A stretch of DNA of 64,000 nt from an uncultured Gemmatimonadales bacterium (GCA_963842945.1 CAWJIM010000024.1:192001-256000); one strand, 5' to 3'; counted from the first letter of the stretch, positions 42,573-52,419 are shown. The notes: generated from the letters alone by a model not told the origin. Translations and numbers: made by a program.

Positions 42573-43994
42573 CTAGTGGATCTCACCTCCGGTCGAGCTA
42601 AGGGAATCGGCATAGATCAAGAAATCGGCTGCGACAGCGGGACGAATCCGCTGATAACCCCACTGAAACCGCACCAGCCGGGCTCACGCAACCATGCTTC
42701 AACCGCCGGCTCCTTTGCTGCGGCGTCAAGATCCAGCAGGAGCCATCTGATGCCCGAGCTCTCCCAGTGCCGATCCGAGACTTTCCCGATTGACCGGATC
42801 TTGCTCTTCGACGTCATAACCGAGCGCCCGGGCGTCGGTGCCGATGACCAAATACCTGCTGCCGAGCGCGGCCCTGAGCCGCTTCCCAAGCAATGTGGGC
42901 GCGCGGGAACGTGGCGGCCCCAGGGTGACGGAGCCGGTGTCGGCGAACACATGCGCGTTGTGGGCGAGGATCAGGAGGCGTCCGCCCTGGGGCAGCTGGC
43001 GAAGAACCCAGAGCACGTTCTCCGCCATGAGTGAGTCTCGCATCTGCACCAGACGCCAGAACTCCGGACGCTCGCGAGGATGCTCCCCGAGGGTGGCTTG
43101 GAAGCCTAGATAAGCCATCATGTGGCGGGCCTCGGCCAGGCATCCGAGCGCCCAGGCGCGCGCGAGCGAGGGGTCGCCGGTGTTCTGGGGCGGTGCCCGC
43201 CGGACGACTGCTTCGGCGGAATCCAGCAGGGCGCGCAACGAGTCACGTGCCACCAGCGACAGTTGGGGAAGGCCAGTTTCGGAGAAGCGGGGCAGGAACG
43301 GCGCGAAGGCCTGGCCAATGCTTTGCGCTCCCGCCGGGTCCAACTGGGTGAGGAATCGGAGGAGCTCATCGATTGAGCGTCGGGCGCGATTGAAGGCGCC
43401 CGATCCGTCTGCCCCGGTGAGATCGATGCCGTACAACCGGGTGCGGCGCTGGTATGGTTGTCTTGCGTTGTACCCGCGCACTGACTCGGTGAGCGCTTGC
43501 ACCTCGGGCAGCCCACCCCAGCCGTAGCTGATCCGCTGGCGGGTGAGCTCCGCCACCGAGTGTGCCGGTTGCAGGAGCGCCTCGTGCAAGGGGGCCATGT
43601 CGGCAAACCCGGACTCGAGAGCCACGGCGGTGACCCCAAAATGAGCGGTCAGGCACCGCACCAGGCGATTGCGGAACAGGTGAAGCTCGCGGGCATCATG
43701 GATCAGCTCCCCCAGGGCGATCACCCGGGAATTCGCGACCGCTGACCTCAACAGCTCGAGGTCAGCGCAACCTGAGGCGTCGGGACCAGCGAGTGGGGTA
43801 GAGTGGGTGCGAGCCCAGCTAATGAAGAGCGACCTGCCGGAGGCCTGCTGTGCGACCGCGGTCGAGCCGATGAGGGCAGCAAGGAGTGTGGCGAGAGCCA
43901 GCCTACTTGCGGGGCGAATCACTGCCACGAAGCGAAGACTCGGCCGCGCATCGGCTGCGAACGTTCCTTTGACCTGAAGTGCCGTCAGCTGCAT
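42573..43994 (-). CDS. erythromycin esterase family protein (C-terminal frameshifts; start uncertain)
   Basis: VIALGE..H, ALESG, LYGID, RDSLMAENV.W, ILAHNAHV, LGKRL...LG.RY. Confidence 0.8.
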
Positions 43995-44008
43995 GCGCTT
44001 TGTTAGCC
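43938..44008 (-). mobile_element. internally deleted attC site
   Basis: Minus strand GGCTAAC AAAGCGCATGCAGCTGACGGC..GCAGCCGATGCGCGGCCG; R' core lost. Confidence 0.6.
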
Positions 44009-44024
44009 GGCGACGTGAAAGCGC

Positions 44025-44390
44025 CTACGTCCTAAACAGGCGAACCAAATCGAGGAGCAGTACTGGAGATAAGGCTATCGCAAGGCCAGCGAAGAATGCC
44101 CCCACGCCTCTTAGAACGACGCCTATGGATAGTTGGCTGGTAGGATCACGGCGCAGGCGTTTCCGCACTGATAGAGTCGCTGAGCCGAGGCTCGCCAGTG
44201 CGAAGACAAGGCCACCGAGAAACAACTTTAGATCGATGGTCCAGGCGGGGACGTTGCCGAAAGCAGCGAATTGGCGGTGAAGGCGCAAGACACCCACGGC
44301 AGTTGTGGCAATTGCGATTACCAGGCAGAGTGGTAGCAAGACCGCAACCCCATTTCGTCGAGCGATGTACCACGCTCCGACTGTGTACAC
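44025..44390 (-). CDS. small membrane protein (cassette)
   Basis: 3-4 hydrophobic segments; flanked by attC sites. Confidence 0.55.
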   Translation of the reverse strand: MYTVGAWYIARRNGVAVLLPLCLVIAIATTAVGVLRLHRQFAAFGNVPAWTIDLKLFLGGLVFALASLGSATLSVRKRLRRDPTSQLSIGVVLRGVGAFFAGLAIALSPVLLLDLVRLFRT

Positions 44391-44475
44391 TCCCGCGAGG
44401 AGAACGCATCCTACGATCCCCGTTAGGAGGACGGCCAGAGCCTGGCTAGTAGTCAGAGATCCCCCGATCTCGTCC

Positions 44476-44576
44476 GGCTAACGGACCGTGCATCAGCTGC
44501 GGCGACTTCCTAGCGTGCGCACAATTCCGCCGTTCCTTAGATCTGAAGCGCCATCAGCTGCATGCGCTTGTTAGAC
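44476..44576 (-). mobile_element. attC site
   Basis: Minus strand GTCTAAC (contains the upstream TAA stop) AAGCGCATGCAGCTGATGG..GCAGCTGATGCACGGTCC GTTAGCC. Confidence 0.85.
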
Positions 44577-45101
44577 AGCGGCGGCGACTTGGACCCGATA
44601 ACGCAAGCCGACCAGACCGCTTGCATACTTCTGCACGTGCTCGAGTGCGAGCTGTGTCAGCGGTGCTCCCGCTTCTAGGAGTGGGATACCGCCCCCGAGC
44701 AGAACCGGCATGACCAGCACCTCCACCAGGTCCACCTGCTTGGCCTCAAGCAGGCTCCGGAACAGACTCCCACCGCCAAAGAGCCAGATCTCCCTGCCGG
44801 GCGCAGCGCGGAGCGCAGCAACGCGTGCCGCAGCGTCGTCTCTTACGATCGTGACGGCCGGGTGATCCTCCGGCGTCAGGGTTCGTGAGAAGACATAGAC
44901 CTGCCAGCCCTGCGGCCAGGGAGGTGCGCCCGGTTGGCGGGTGAGTTCATAGGTGCGCCGCCCCAGGAGGACCGTGTCGACCGACTCGTAGACCTTCGCG
45001 AAGTCCACTGCGGGGTCGTGGACGATCCAATCCACCTCGCCATGTGGCCCGGCGATGTACCCGTCAACGCTCGCGGCAACTCGGTATAGGACTTCGCGCA
45101 T
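44571..45101 (-). CDS. RibD C-terminal / DHFR family protein (cassette)
   Basis: AASVDGYIA, LLGRRTY, IWLFGGG, PVLLGGGIPL. Confidence 0.85.
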   Translation of the reverse strand: MREVLYRVAASVDGYIAGPHGEVDWIVHDPAVDFAKVYESVDTVLLGRRTYELTRQPGAPPWPQGWQVYVFSRTLTPEDHPAVTIVRDDAAARVAALRAAPGREIWLFGGGSLFRSLLEAKQVDLVEVLVMPVLLGGGIPLLEAGAPLTQLALEHVQKYASGLVGLRYRVQVAAAV

Positions 45102-45129
45102 CTGACTTTCGGGTGAGCAAACAGCCGCT

Positions 45130-45196
45130 GTCTAACTAAGAGCTGAACCGCCGCCAGCCTCCTGAGGAGTTCGCTAGCTCCGTGCGCTAGTTAGGC
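45130..45196 (-). mobile_element. short attC site of a different sequence type
   Basis: Minus strand GCCTAAC (contains the Imm8 stop) TAG..AGCT....AGCT..TA GTTAGAC; canonical cores. Confidence 0.75.
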
Positions 45197-45544
45197 CTCA
45201 GCCACGCGAAAGTTGTCGAACTCCCAGTGCAGCTCCTTATTCAGCTCTGCTGCCACTTCTTCCCACGTTGGCCGCACGCAATGGGCCAGCAGCAGGGCCA
45301 ACGCGTGCGTCATAGTCTCCCAGCTGAACTCGTCCAGAATCAGGTAACCCCGCCCCCACGTGGGCCCGACTGAGCGCCGAAGATAGGCCGGAGTTACGGC
45401 GGTGAAGCCAAAGGCCTCTGCCCCTTCCCTCCCCCGTGGGCCGATCAGGGCCTGGAACGGCACGGCGCAATCCGCGGGATTCTCCGGCATCGCTGGAGGG
45501 GCGAGGTCTGGGCTCAGTAAATGGCGGAGCTCGGGATAAACCAT
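45191..45544 (-). CDS. Imm8 family immunity protein
   Basis: SPDL, IGP.G.EGAE.F.F..VTP, GRG.LI, WEEVA.EL...HWEF; AAGGAG RBS. Confidence 0.7.
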   Translation of the reverse strand: MVYPELRHLLSPDLAPPAMPENPADCAVPFQALIGPRGREGAEAFGFTAVTPAYLRRSVGPTWGRGYLILDEFSWETMTHALALLLAHCVRPTWEEVAAELNKELHWEFDNFRVAEA

Positions 45545-45545
45545 G

Positions 45546-46560
45546 TTACTCCTTGAGGTCCCGGTGGGTCGCTAAGAACTCCCGCATTGACTGGATCACC
45601 TCGGCCCGATTTGAGTCGAACACATAGTGGTTGGCGGCGTGCAGCTCCAGAACCTGCGCCGTGGCGAGCTCGCGGCGGACCCGGGCGCGCTCGGCCGCGG
45701 CCCAGCGCTGCAGGGCGGCGGTAAACCGCCGCGCGGCGTCCTGATGAGGTGCATCGAGTGCGGCATAGTAGGGGAACACCTGGCCTACGGAGTCCACCAC
45801 GGCATCGATGACCAGCGCCGGAGCGCGCACGGCCGCATAGTTGGGATGGCCACAGCCGGCCAGGATGAGCGAGTCGACGATCGGGGGCGTCACGTCGGCA
45901 ACGAGCTGGCCAACAGAATCATACCGGCCGATGGCGCGCAGCTGGGCCTCGGGGATGTGCATCCCGTACATCCGCCGGAGATACGCCTGCACCGCGCTAG
46001 GGGAGGAGGAGTCGCGCGGCTGCATCGGTGGTGCCGCCGGAAACTGGCCGAGCTGGTCCCGCAGGCTGCTGTGGTCGTAGGCCGCGTCCAGGTAGACCAG
46101 CCCGGTCACCCGAGCGGGATACGCGCCGGCAAAAGCAGTGAGCTCGTCGCCCGCGATCGAGTGGCCCACCAGGACAACCCGCAGGAGCCCCAGCGAATCG
46201 AGCACCGCGCGAAGATCCGCCACCCGGCCGGCCAGATCATATCCCGATTCCGGCCGGCTCGACGCCCCATAGCCTCGGCGAGTGATCGCGAGAACGTGGT
46301 GATCAGTTGGTGAACTCGGGGGCGAGGTCGTCGAACCCATGGGCCACATCCTGCAACCCGGAGAGGAAGACCAACGGCGGGCCCGAGCCACCCCAGTCGA
46401 GCACCTCGAGCCGCACATCTGGCGCGACCGATACAAAGCTGACACGGTGCAGGGAGGGATCGGTCCACGCCGCCGCTGGGCGCTGGGCAGGGCCGCCGGA
46501 ACGGGTACACGCCAGCAGGAGCACACCGACGCCCCAGAGGCTGATCCGCGCTAGTACTCT
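45546..46560 (-). CDS. alpha/beta hydrolase (frameshift; start approximate)
   Basis: LDWGGSGPPLVFL, TRRGYG.S, GHSIAG nucleophile elbow, ANHY. Confidence 0.8.
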
Positions 46561-46645
46561 CAGAGCTCCGCCCTCTCGCTGCGCTCGGGGGTGACAACGA
46601 CCGCTTACCGCCCCCTCCCTCGATGCCTCGGGCATGCTTACCGTC

Positions 46646-48160
46646 CTACCGACTCACCGCTATTCCCGGCGACGGCTTGGTCGGCACCGGCTGGACCGGA
46701 GTCCTGGGTCCCCGTGGCAACAGCTCCGGCAGATTCGCCAGCTCGAAGGCTGTGACAGCCATGACCGCCGCCGCCTGCTTCAGGTCGCCCTCCACTGCGT
46801 GGTCGTAGGTGTCGGTCTCGGAGTGGTGCGTGTGGTCGTAGCCCCGCTCCAGCTGATCGAAGTTGAATCCGGGCACGCCGTACGGCAGGAACGACAGGTG
46901 ATCGGTGCCGCCCTTGTTGGCGTCGCGCACGCTGTCGGCCTTGAGTGAGGCAACCGGCGCGAGCAGCTGCTTCCAGAGCCCCTCCAGATCCTTCCTTCCC
47001 TGCAGCGCCTGGCCCTTGATGGCACCGGTTCCATTGTCCAGCACCAGCACCGCCTGGATGCTGTCGGCTTCCGGCTCATGTTGCGCGGCATAGGCACGGG
47101 AGCCGAGCAGGCCCTGCTCTTCCCCGCTGAACAGAATGAACCGGATCGTGCGCTTCGGCTTGAGCCCGGACCGGGCGATCGCGCGAGCGGTTTCCAGGAC
47201 CACCATCGAGCCGGTGCCGTTGTCGGTGGTACCGGTGCCAAGGTCCCAGCTGTCGAGGTGAGCGCCGAGAATGACCACCTGGCCTGGGCGCTCGCTGCCC
47301 CTGATCTCGGCTACGGTATTCCACTGCTGCACCGGCGACTTGCCGAGTTGGTTCTGCACCCGCGCTTCGACTTTGGGTGTCACCCCTGCCCCGAGGAGCC
47401 GGGTGAAGAGGGTGTAATCCTCATGGGAGACGACCAGACTGGGCAGGGGCGACAGCCGAAGGGGCGAGCCGCTCATGGTCATCAACCCGTGCTCCTTGGA
47501 GCCGTCGATCAAGGTGCCGAGCGCGCCGGCGGCCTTGAGCATGTAGGGGAGGTCCAGCTGGAACTGCCGCCGCGCCAGAACCGCGGGCGCCGAGGTGTCG
47601 GCCGTGAGAGTGGCGCGGAGCTTTCGCTGCTCATCCAGGCGGGTCGAATCCTGCGCCGTCATGTCCGGTCCGTCGGGGTTCCACAGCGTGAACGGAGGCC
47701 GGGGCAGGACCCAGGCGCCCTTCACCTTCGACTTGTAAACGGCCAGGCTTTCGGGGGTGGAGAGATCGGTAAGCACCACCGGACCGGCCACTCCCTTCCC
47801 GCCGGTCCCCTCGGTCCAGGCCCAGCTGTGCGCGGTGATCGCACGGCTGAACGGCTGGAGCAACCGCAGGGTAGCGTCGCCCCGTTGCCAGGTGACCCCG
47901 AACTCATACTGCTCCAGCTTGGTCGAGAGGCCATAGGCCTGGAAGCGGGATGCGGTCCATTCGTTGGCTCGGCGCATGGCGGGAGAACCGGACAGCCGGG
48001 GCCCGATGACGTCGCTGAGATGCTGCAGGTTCTGCATCACCTCGGAATGATTCATGGCCTGGTCGATCAGGCGTCCGGTGCCGGCGGTGTCCACAACCGG
48101 CGACTGTGCGAATGCGGGCGCGGCAGCTACAAAGAAGGTGAGGGTGATGAAGGGCCGCAT
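46646..48160 (-). CDS. M28 family peptidase (carboxypeptidase Q-like)
   Basis: Signal peptide; GAHLDSWD.GTG..DNG, GEEQGLLGS, TDH..F, HH...D. Confidence 0.9.
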   Translation of the reverse strand: MRPFITLTFFVAAAPAFAQSPVVDTAGTGRLIDQAMNHSEVMQNLQHLSDVIGPRLSGSPAMRRANEWTASRFQAYGLSTKLEQYEFGVTWQRGDATLRLLQPFSRAITAHSWAWTEGTGGKGVAGPVVLTDLSTPESLAVYKSKVKGAWVLPRPPFTLWNPDGPDMTAQDSTRLDEQRKLRATLTADTSAPAVLARRQFQLDLPYMLKAAGALGTLIDGSKEHGLMTMSGSPLRLSPLPSLVVSHEDYTLFTRLLGAGVTPKVEARVQNQLGKSPVQQWNTVAEIRGSERPGQVVILGAHLDSWDLGTGTTDNGTGSMVVLETARAIARSGLKPKRTIRFILFSGEEQGLLGSRAYAAQHEPEADSIQAVLVLDNGTGAIKGQALQGRKDLEGLWKQLLAPVASLKADSVRDANKGGTDHLSFLPYGVPGFNFDQLERGYDHTHHSETDTYDHAVEGDLKQAAAVMAVTAFELANLPELLPRGPRTPVQPVPTKPSPGIAVSR

Positions 48161-48308
48161 GAACGAGATGTCCTTCGATGGTTGAGGGATCCTTCGCTGC
48201 GCTCAGGATGACGCCAAGTAACCTACCGCCGTTCCGTCGTTCCGTCGTTCCGACTATAGTTGGAGTCGGAAGCTAACCTGCACCACCTCATCGCCAAGGA
48301 TACCGCTC

Positions 48309-49637
48309 GTGCCGAAGGACAGCGTCACCATCACCGACAACCGGACTGGCCAAACCTACGAGTTGCCTATCACCGAGGGCACCATCCGGGCGACCGATTT
48401 GCGCCAGATCAAGGTGGCGGAGGACGACTTCGGGATGATGACGTACGACCCGGCGTTCATGAACACCGCTGCCTGCCGGAGCGCCATCACCTACATCGAC
48501 GGTGACAAGGGGATCCTGCGCTACCGGGGCTACCCCATCGAGCAGCTGGCGGAGCGGGCGTCGTTTCTCGAGGTGGCCTATCTGCTGGGTGAGGGAGAGT
48601 TGCCCAACCGGGAGCAGCTGGCCAAGTGGGAAGAGACGATCAGGTATCACACCTACGTCCACACCAACATCACCAAGTTTCTCGAGGGGTTCCGCTACGA
48701 CGCCCACCCAATGGGCATGCTCCTCGGAGTGGTGGGCGCGCTTTCCACCTTCTACCCCGACGCCAAGCACATCGAGGACCCCGCGAACCGCTATCTCCAG
48801 CGGGTCCGCCTGCTGGCCAAGCTGCCCACCATCGCAGCCTTCGCCTTCCGGCACTCGCGCGGCCTTCCCTACGAGTTTCCCCGGAACGACCTGGACTACA
48901 TCGGCAACTTCGTCAACATGACCTTCAGCATCGGCGGGCGGCACCAGCCCAACAAGGTGTTGCAGCGGGCGCTGGAGATCCTGCTCATCCTCCACGCCGA
49001 CCACGAGCAGAACTGTTCGACCAGCGCCGTGCGGGCAGTCGGGTCCTCCCACGTGGATCCGTTCTCCGCGGTCAGCGCGGGGATCGCGGCGCTGTACGGT
49101 CCGCTGCACGGCGGGGCCAACGAGGCCGTGCTCCAGATGCTGGAGGAGATCGGCGACAAGAAGAACATCCCTGCATTCATCGAGAAGGTGAAGGGGGGAT
49201 CCGGCTCCCGGCTGATGGGGTTTGGACACCGGGTCTACAAGTCATACGACCCACGGGCCAAGCTGATCAAGAAGGTGGCCGACGACGTCTTCGAGCAGAC
49301 CGGGATGAATCCCAAGCTGGAGATCGCGCTGGAGCTGGAGCGGATCGCGTTGGAAGACGAGTACTTCATCAAGCGGAAGCTCTATCCCAACGTGGATTTC
49401 TACTCCGGGCTGATCTACCAGGCAATGGGATACCCCACCGCGTACTTCACCGTGCTGTTCGCCATTGGCCGCACCCCGGGATGGCTGGCGCAGTGGGAAG
49501 AGATGCTGCTGGACAAGGACCAGAAGATCGCCCGGCCGAGACAGGTCTACGTGGGCAAAGAAGAGAGACCGTTCGTACCCATCGAGCGACGAGGAGATCG
49601 GCGGAGTGTCGAGAGAGAGCGGGTCAGCAAGCGATAG
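48309..49637 (+). CDS. gltA: citrate synthase
   Basis: LHADHEQNCST, GPLHGGANE, MGFGHRVYK, YPNVDFYSG. Confidence 0.96.
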   Translation: MPKDSVTITDNRTGQTYELPITEGTIRATDLRQIKVAEDDFGMMTYDPAFMNTAACRSAITYIDGDKGILRYRGYPIEQLAERASFLEVAYLLGEGELPNREQLAKWEETIRYHTYVHTNITKFLEGFRYDAHPMGMLLGVVGALSTFYPDAKHIEDPANRYLQRVRLLAKLPTIAAFAFRHSRGLPYEFPRNDLDYIGNFVNMTFSIGGRHQPNKVLQRALEILLILHADHEQNCSTSAVRAVGSSHVDPFSAVSAGIAALYGPLHGGANEAVLQMLEEIGDKKNIPAFIEKVKGGSGSRLMGFGHRVYKSYDPRAKLIKKVADDVFEQTGMNPKLEIALELERIALEDEYFIKRKLYPNVDFYSGLIYQAMGYPTAYFTVLFAIGRTPGWLAQWEEMLLDKDQKIARPRQVYVGKEERPFVPIERRGDRRSVERERVSKR

Positions 49638-49688
49638 AAGCGGGGAAGGAACAGCGTGAGCGGGGAAGAAACAACGTAAGCGGGAAAA
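49637..49688 (+). repeat. GCGTGAGCGGG-family array, left flank of the four-helix-bundle gene
   Basis: AGCGGG at 49639, 49659 and 49679 (20-bp period). Confidence 0.8.
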
Positions 49689-49757
49689 CGGCGTATTAAC
49701 GGTCCAGCTGGCGAAGCTGGCTTACAAGTTCTGGTTTCGAGTGCTGCACAGTTTGGG

Positions 49758-50117
49758 GTGCGCGATCACCGATCACTGCATTCATGGCAGGAAGCCCAGG
49801 CAGTCGTGCTTGGGACGCTTGAGTTAGCTCGGAATAGCTGGAAGCCCTACGCCGCTGCTTTGTTCTCCCAGCTTCAGCGAGCCTCCCTGTCGGTTCAGCT
49901 CAATATTGCGGAAGGGTACGCTTTCGGAGAGTCACCGACCTACGTACGTCACCTTCGCATAGCCTACGGATCCGCGGTTGAGACTGGAGAGTTGCTCGAA
50001 ACCGCCCTCAAGGCAAACGTGATTGCTGTGGATCCAGGAATAGATCTCCTAAACCGTAATCGTCGAAGCCATCGGCTTCTCTTAGGTATGTTGCGGAGCA
50101 GGAGCCGTACAACCTAG
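49758..50117 (+). CDS. four helix bundle protein (23S rRNA IVP / bAvd-like family)
   Basis: L..WQ.A, SQLQRASLSV.LNIAEG, HLRIAYGSAVE. Confidence 0.85.
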   Translation: MRDHRSLHSWQEAQAVVLGTLELARNSWKPYAAALFSQLQRASLSVQLNIAEGYAFGESPTYVRHLRIAYGSAVETGELLETALKANVIAVDPGIDLLNRNRRSHRLLLGMLRSRSRTT

Positions 50118-50133
50118 ACCACCGCGGTTTTCT

Positions 50134-50186
50134 TTCCCGCTCACGCTCTTTGCAGTTCCCGCTCACGCTGTTTCCCCGCTCACGCT
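50134..50186 (-). repeat. GCGTGAGCGGG-family array, right flank (inverted)
   Basis: CCCGCTCACGCT at 50136, 50158 and 50175; first unit on the minus strand contains the speA TGA. Confidence 0.8.
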
Positions 50187-52114
50187 TTGTCTTCGATCGG
50201 GACATCCCCTTCCAGATAGGTATAGCCCTCCAGCCCCGCGACGTAGTCCGCGATGAAGCTGTTGGCATCGTGCCGGCTGAGATCCTTGGCGTTGGCCACC
50301 TTGCGGCGGAAGGTGGCCAGCAGATCCGAGGCATTGAACTGGACGTAGTTGAGCACCTCGGTCACGGTGTCTCCGTGGACCAGGTCGGTGATCTCGTAGC
50401 CCTGCTCGGTGAGCCGGACGTGGACCGCGTTGGTGTCACCGAAGAGATTGTGCAGGTCGCCCAGGATCTCCTGGTATGCGCCGGTCAGGAAGATCCCCAG
50501 TATGTAGGGTTGCCCTTCGTCCACCGGATGGAGCTCGAGTGAGGGCTTCCCCTTCCGTCCGCCGGTGAACCGGTCGATGACCCCATCGGAATCGCAGGTG
50601 ACGTCCTGTAGCGTCCCCCGCCGAGTCGGCGGGTGGTTGAGCCGGTGAATCGGCATGATGGGGAACAGCTGGTCGATGGCCCAGTGGTCCGGCAGCGATT
50701 GAAAGACGGAGAAGTTGCAGAAGTACCGATCCACCAGCTCCGACTCGATGTGGTTGACGATCTCGGGGAATGCGGCCTTGTCGTCGCCGATGGCGTGGGA
50801 GAGCGCGCCCAGGGTCACCAGATACAACTGGTCGGCGTCCGCCTTGTCTCGCAGAGAAAACACTCCGCTGGCGAAGAACTCCTGGGCCCGCCCCTTGGCG
50901 AACACGGCGTCGTGGAAGACTTCCTCGATCCGGTCCTGGCTCAGGCCCTCCAGATTTTCCGCCATCTCCAGCAGCAGCGGATGGGGGTCCTCCCGAAGCG
51001 GAGGAGCCACCGGCTCCACCTGAGATTCCACGTCGATCACGTTGATCAGCAGCAGCGAGTGATGCGCGGTGAGCGCCCGCCCGGACTCCGAGATGATGTG
51101 CGGCATGGGAAGCTCGTGGCTCCGGCACACTGAGCTCAGGGTGTACACCACGTCGCTGGCGTACTCCCGCATGGAGTAGTTCATGCTGGCCGGGCGAGTC
51201 GAGCGGGAGCCCTCGTAGTCGACACCCAGTCCGCCCCCCACATCGACATGGGTTATATCGAAGCCCATGTTCCGGAGCTCGACGTAGTAGCGTGCGATCT
51301 CCTCGAGGCCAGCCTTGACGTAGCGGATGTCGGTGATCTGGCTGCCCAGGTGAAAGTGGACCAGCTTGAGGAGGTTCTTGCGGTCCAGCCGATCGAGTCG
51401 GTCCAGCAGCTTCATCAGCTCGACCGAGTCGAGGCCGAACTTGGAGCGCTCCCCACCGCTCTTGGCCCAGCGCCCCGATCCTTCGGTGGCGAGCTTGATC
51501 CGGACGCCGGCGGTGGGAACCACGTTCATCTCGTCGGCCACCTTGAGCAGGACCTCCAGCTCGCTCAGCTGCTCCAGCACGATCATCACGCTGTGCCCCA
51601 GCTTCTGGCCCATCAGCGCCAACCGCATGAACTCCTCGTCCTTGTACCCATTGCAGACGATCAGGTGGTTCGTGCTCTCGTTGAGACCGAGCACAGCCTG
51701 GAGCTCGGGCTTGCTGCCGCACTCCAGTCCGACGCCGTGGGAGGCCCCGAACTCCACGATCTCCTGCATGACGTGGCGCTGCTGGTTGACCTTGACCGGA
51801 TACACAGTGGTGTAGCGCCCCTGGTAACCGGTTTCCTTGATGGCGTTGCTGAACTCGGTGGCGAGCGCCTGGATTCGGGAGCGCAGGATGTCGGAGAAAC
51901 GAAGCAGGAGTGGCAGCCCGACACCCTGGGCGTGGAGATCCATCGCGAGGTGGTAGAGATCCAGTCCGCGCTTCCGGTTGGCGTCGGGGTGGACGGTGAC
52001 ATGCCCGTCAGCGTTGATCCGGAAGTAGCCGAGTCCCCACCCACTCATGTTGTAGAGCTTCTCGGCGTCCTTGGTGGTCCAGCCGGGCGGGGACGGAGCG
52101 ACGGTAGTGGCTAT
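50180..52114 (-). CDS. speA: biosynthetic arginine decarboxylase
   Basis: YPVKVNQ, GLECGSKPEL, HFHLGSQI, DVGGGLG, ESGRA, TCDSDG, GAYQEILG; homology extends to an ATA codon at 52114. Confidence 0.93.
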   Translation of the reverse strand: MATTVAPSPPGWTTKDAEKLYNMSGWGLGYFRINADGHVTVHPDANRKRGLDLYHLAMDLHAQGVGLPLLLRFSDILRSRIQALATEFSNAIKETGYQGRYTTVYPVKVNQQRHVMQEIVEFGASHGVGLECGSKPELQAVLGLNESTNHLIVCNGYKDEEFMRLALMGQKLGHSVMIVLEQLSELEVLLKVADEMNVVPTAGVRIKLATEGSGRWAKSGGERSKFGLDSVELMKLLDRLDRLDRKNLLKLVHFHLGSQITDIRYVKAGLEEIARYYVELRNMGFDITHVDVGGGLGVDYEGSRSTRPASMNYSMREYASDVVYTLSSVCRSHELPMPHIISESGRALTAHHSLLLINVIDVESQVEPVAPPLREDPHPLLLEMAENLEGLSQDRIEEVFHDAVFAKGRAQEFFASGVFSLRDKADADQLYLVTLGALSHAIGDDKAAFPEIVNHIESELVDRYFCNFSVFQSLPDHWAIDQLFPIMPIHRLNHPPTRRGTLQDVTCDSDGVIDRFTGGRKGKPSLELHPVDEGQPYILGIFLTGAYQEILGDLHNLFGDTNAVHVRLTEQGYEITDLVHGDTVTEVLNYVQFNASDLLATFRRKVANAKDLSRHDANSFIADYVAGLEGYTYLEGDVPIEDKA

Positions 52115-52419
52115 GGTGGGCTCCAGGGTCGGGGCGAAAGGGCAATTCTAAACGGATCGGACTCCCGATGAAAGCGGGCCTGCAGCCGAGACTTAGCTTG
52201 CGACCGCGCCCCAATCCCAGTGGCGAGACCGCTACAGGGCACCGGTTGACGCGGTACTGCAGACCTTGGAGTTCGGGTCTAACAAATTATCGGCTGCTTA
52301 CTTAGCAAGTGGAGCCCGGGCCGGCAAAGCAACCCGCTCCGGGCACGAAGATCGCATTTCGGAAAGACACTCACCGCGCCAAGTTTTGCAGTTGGATCGC
52401 TTCTGAAAAGAGGGACAGC

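Noticed and set aside
40540..45101. RibD_C/DHFR cassettes as trimethoprim-resistance dfr genes
   Set aside because: Motifs (SLDG/SVDG..GRRTY..PVLLG) fit the RibD C-terminal family, not DfrA or DfrB.
29600..46600. Complete integron (intI/attI), IS element or prophage
   Set aside because: No tyrosine recombinase, transposase or phage gene was recognised in the window.
49758..50117. Diversity-generating retroelement or 23S rRNA intervening sequence
   Set aside because: No reverse transcriptase, TR/VR pair or rRNA sequence was seen in the window.
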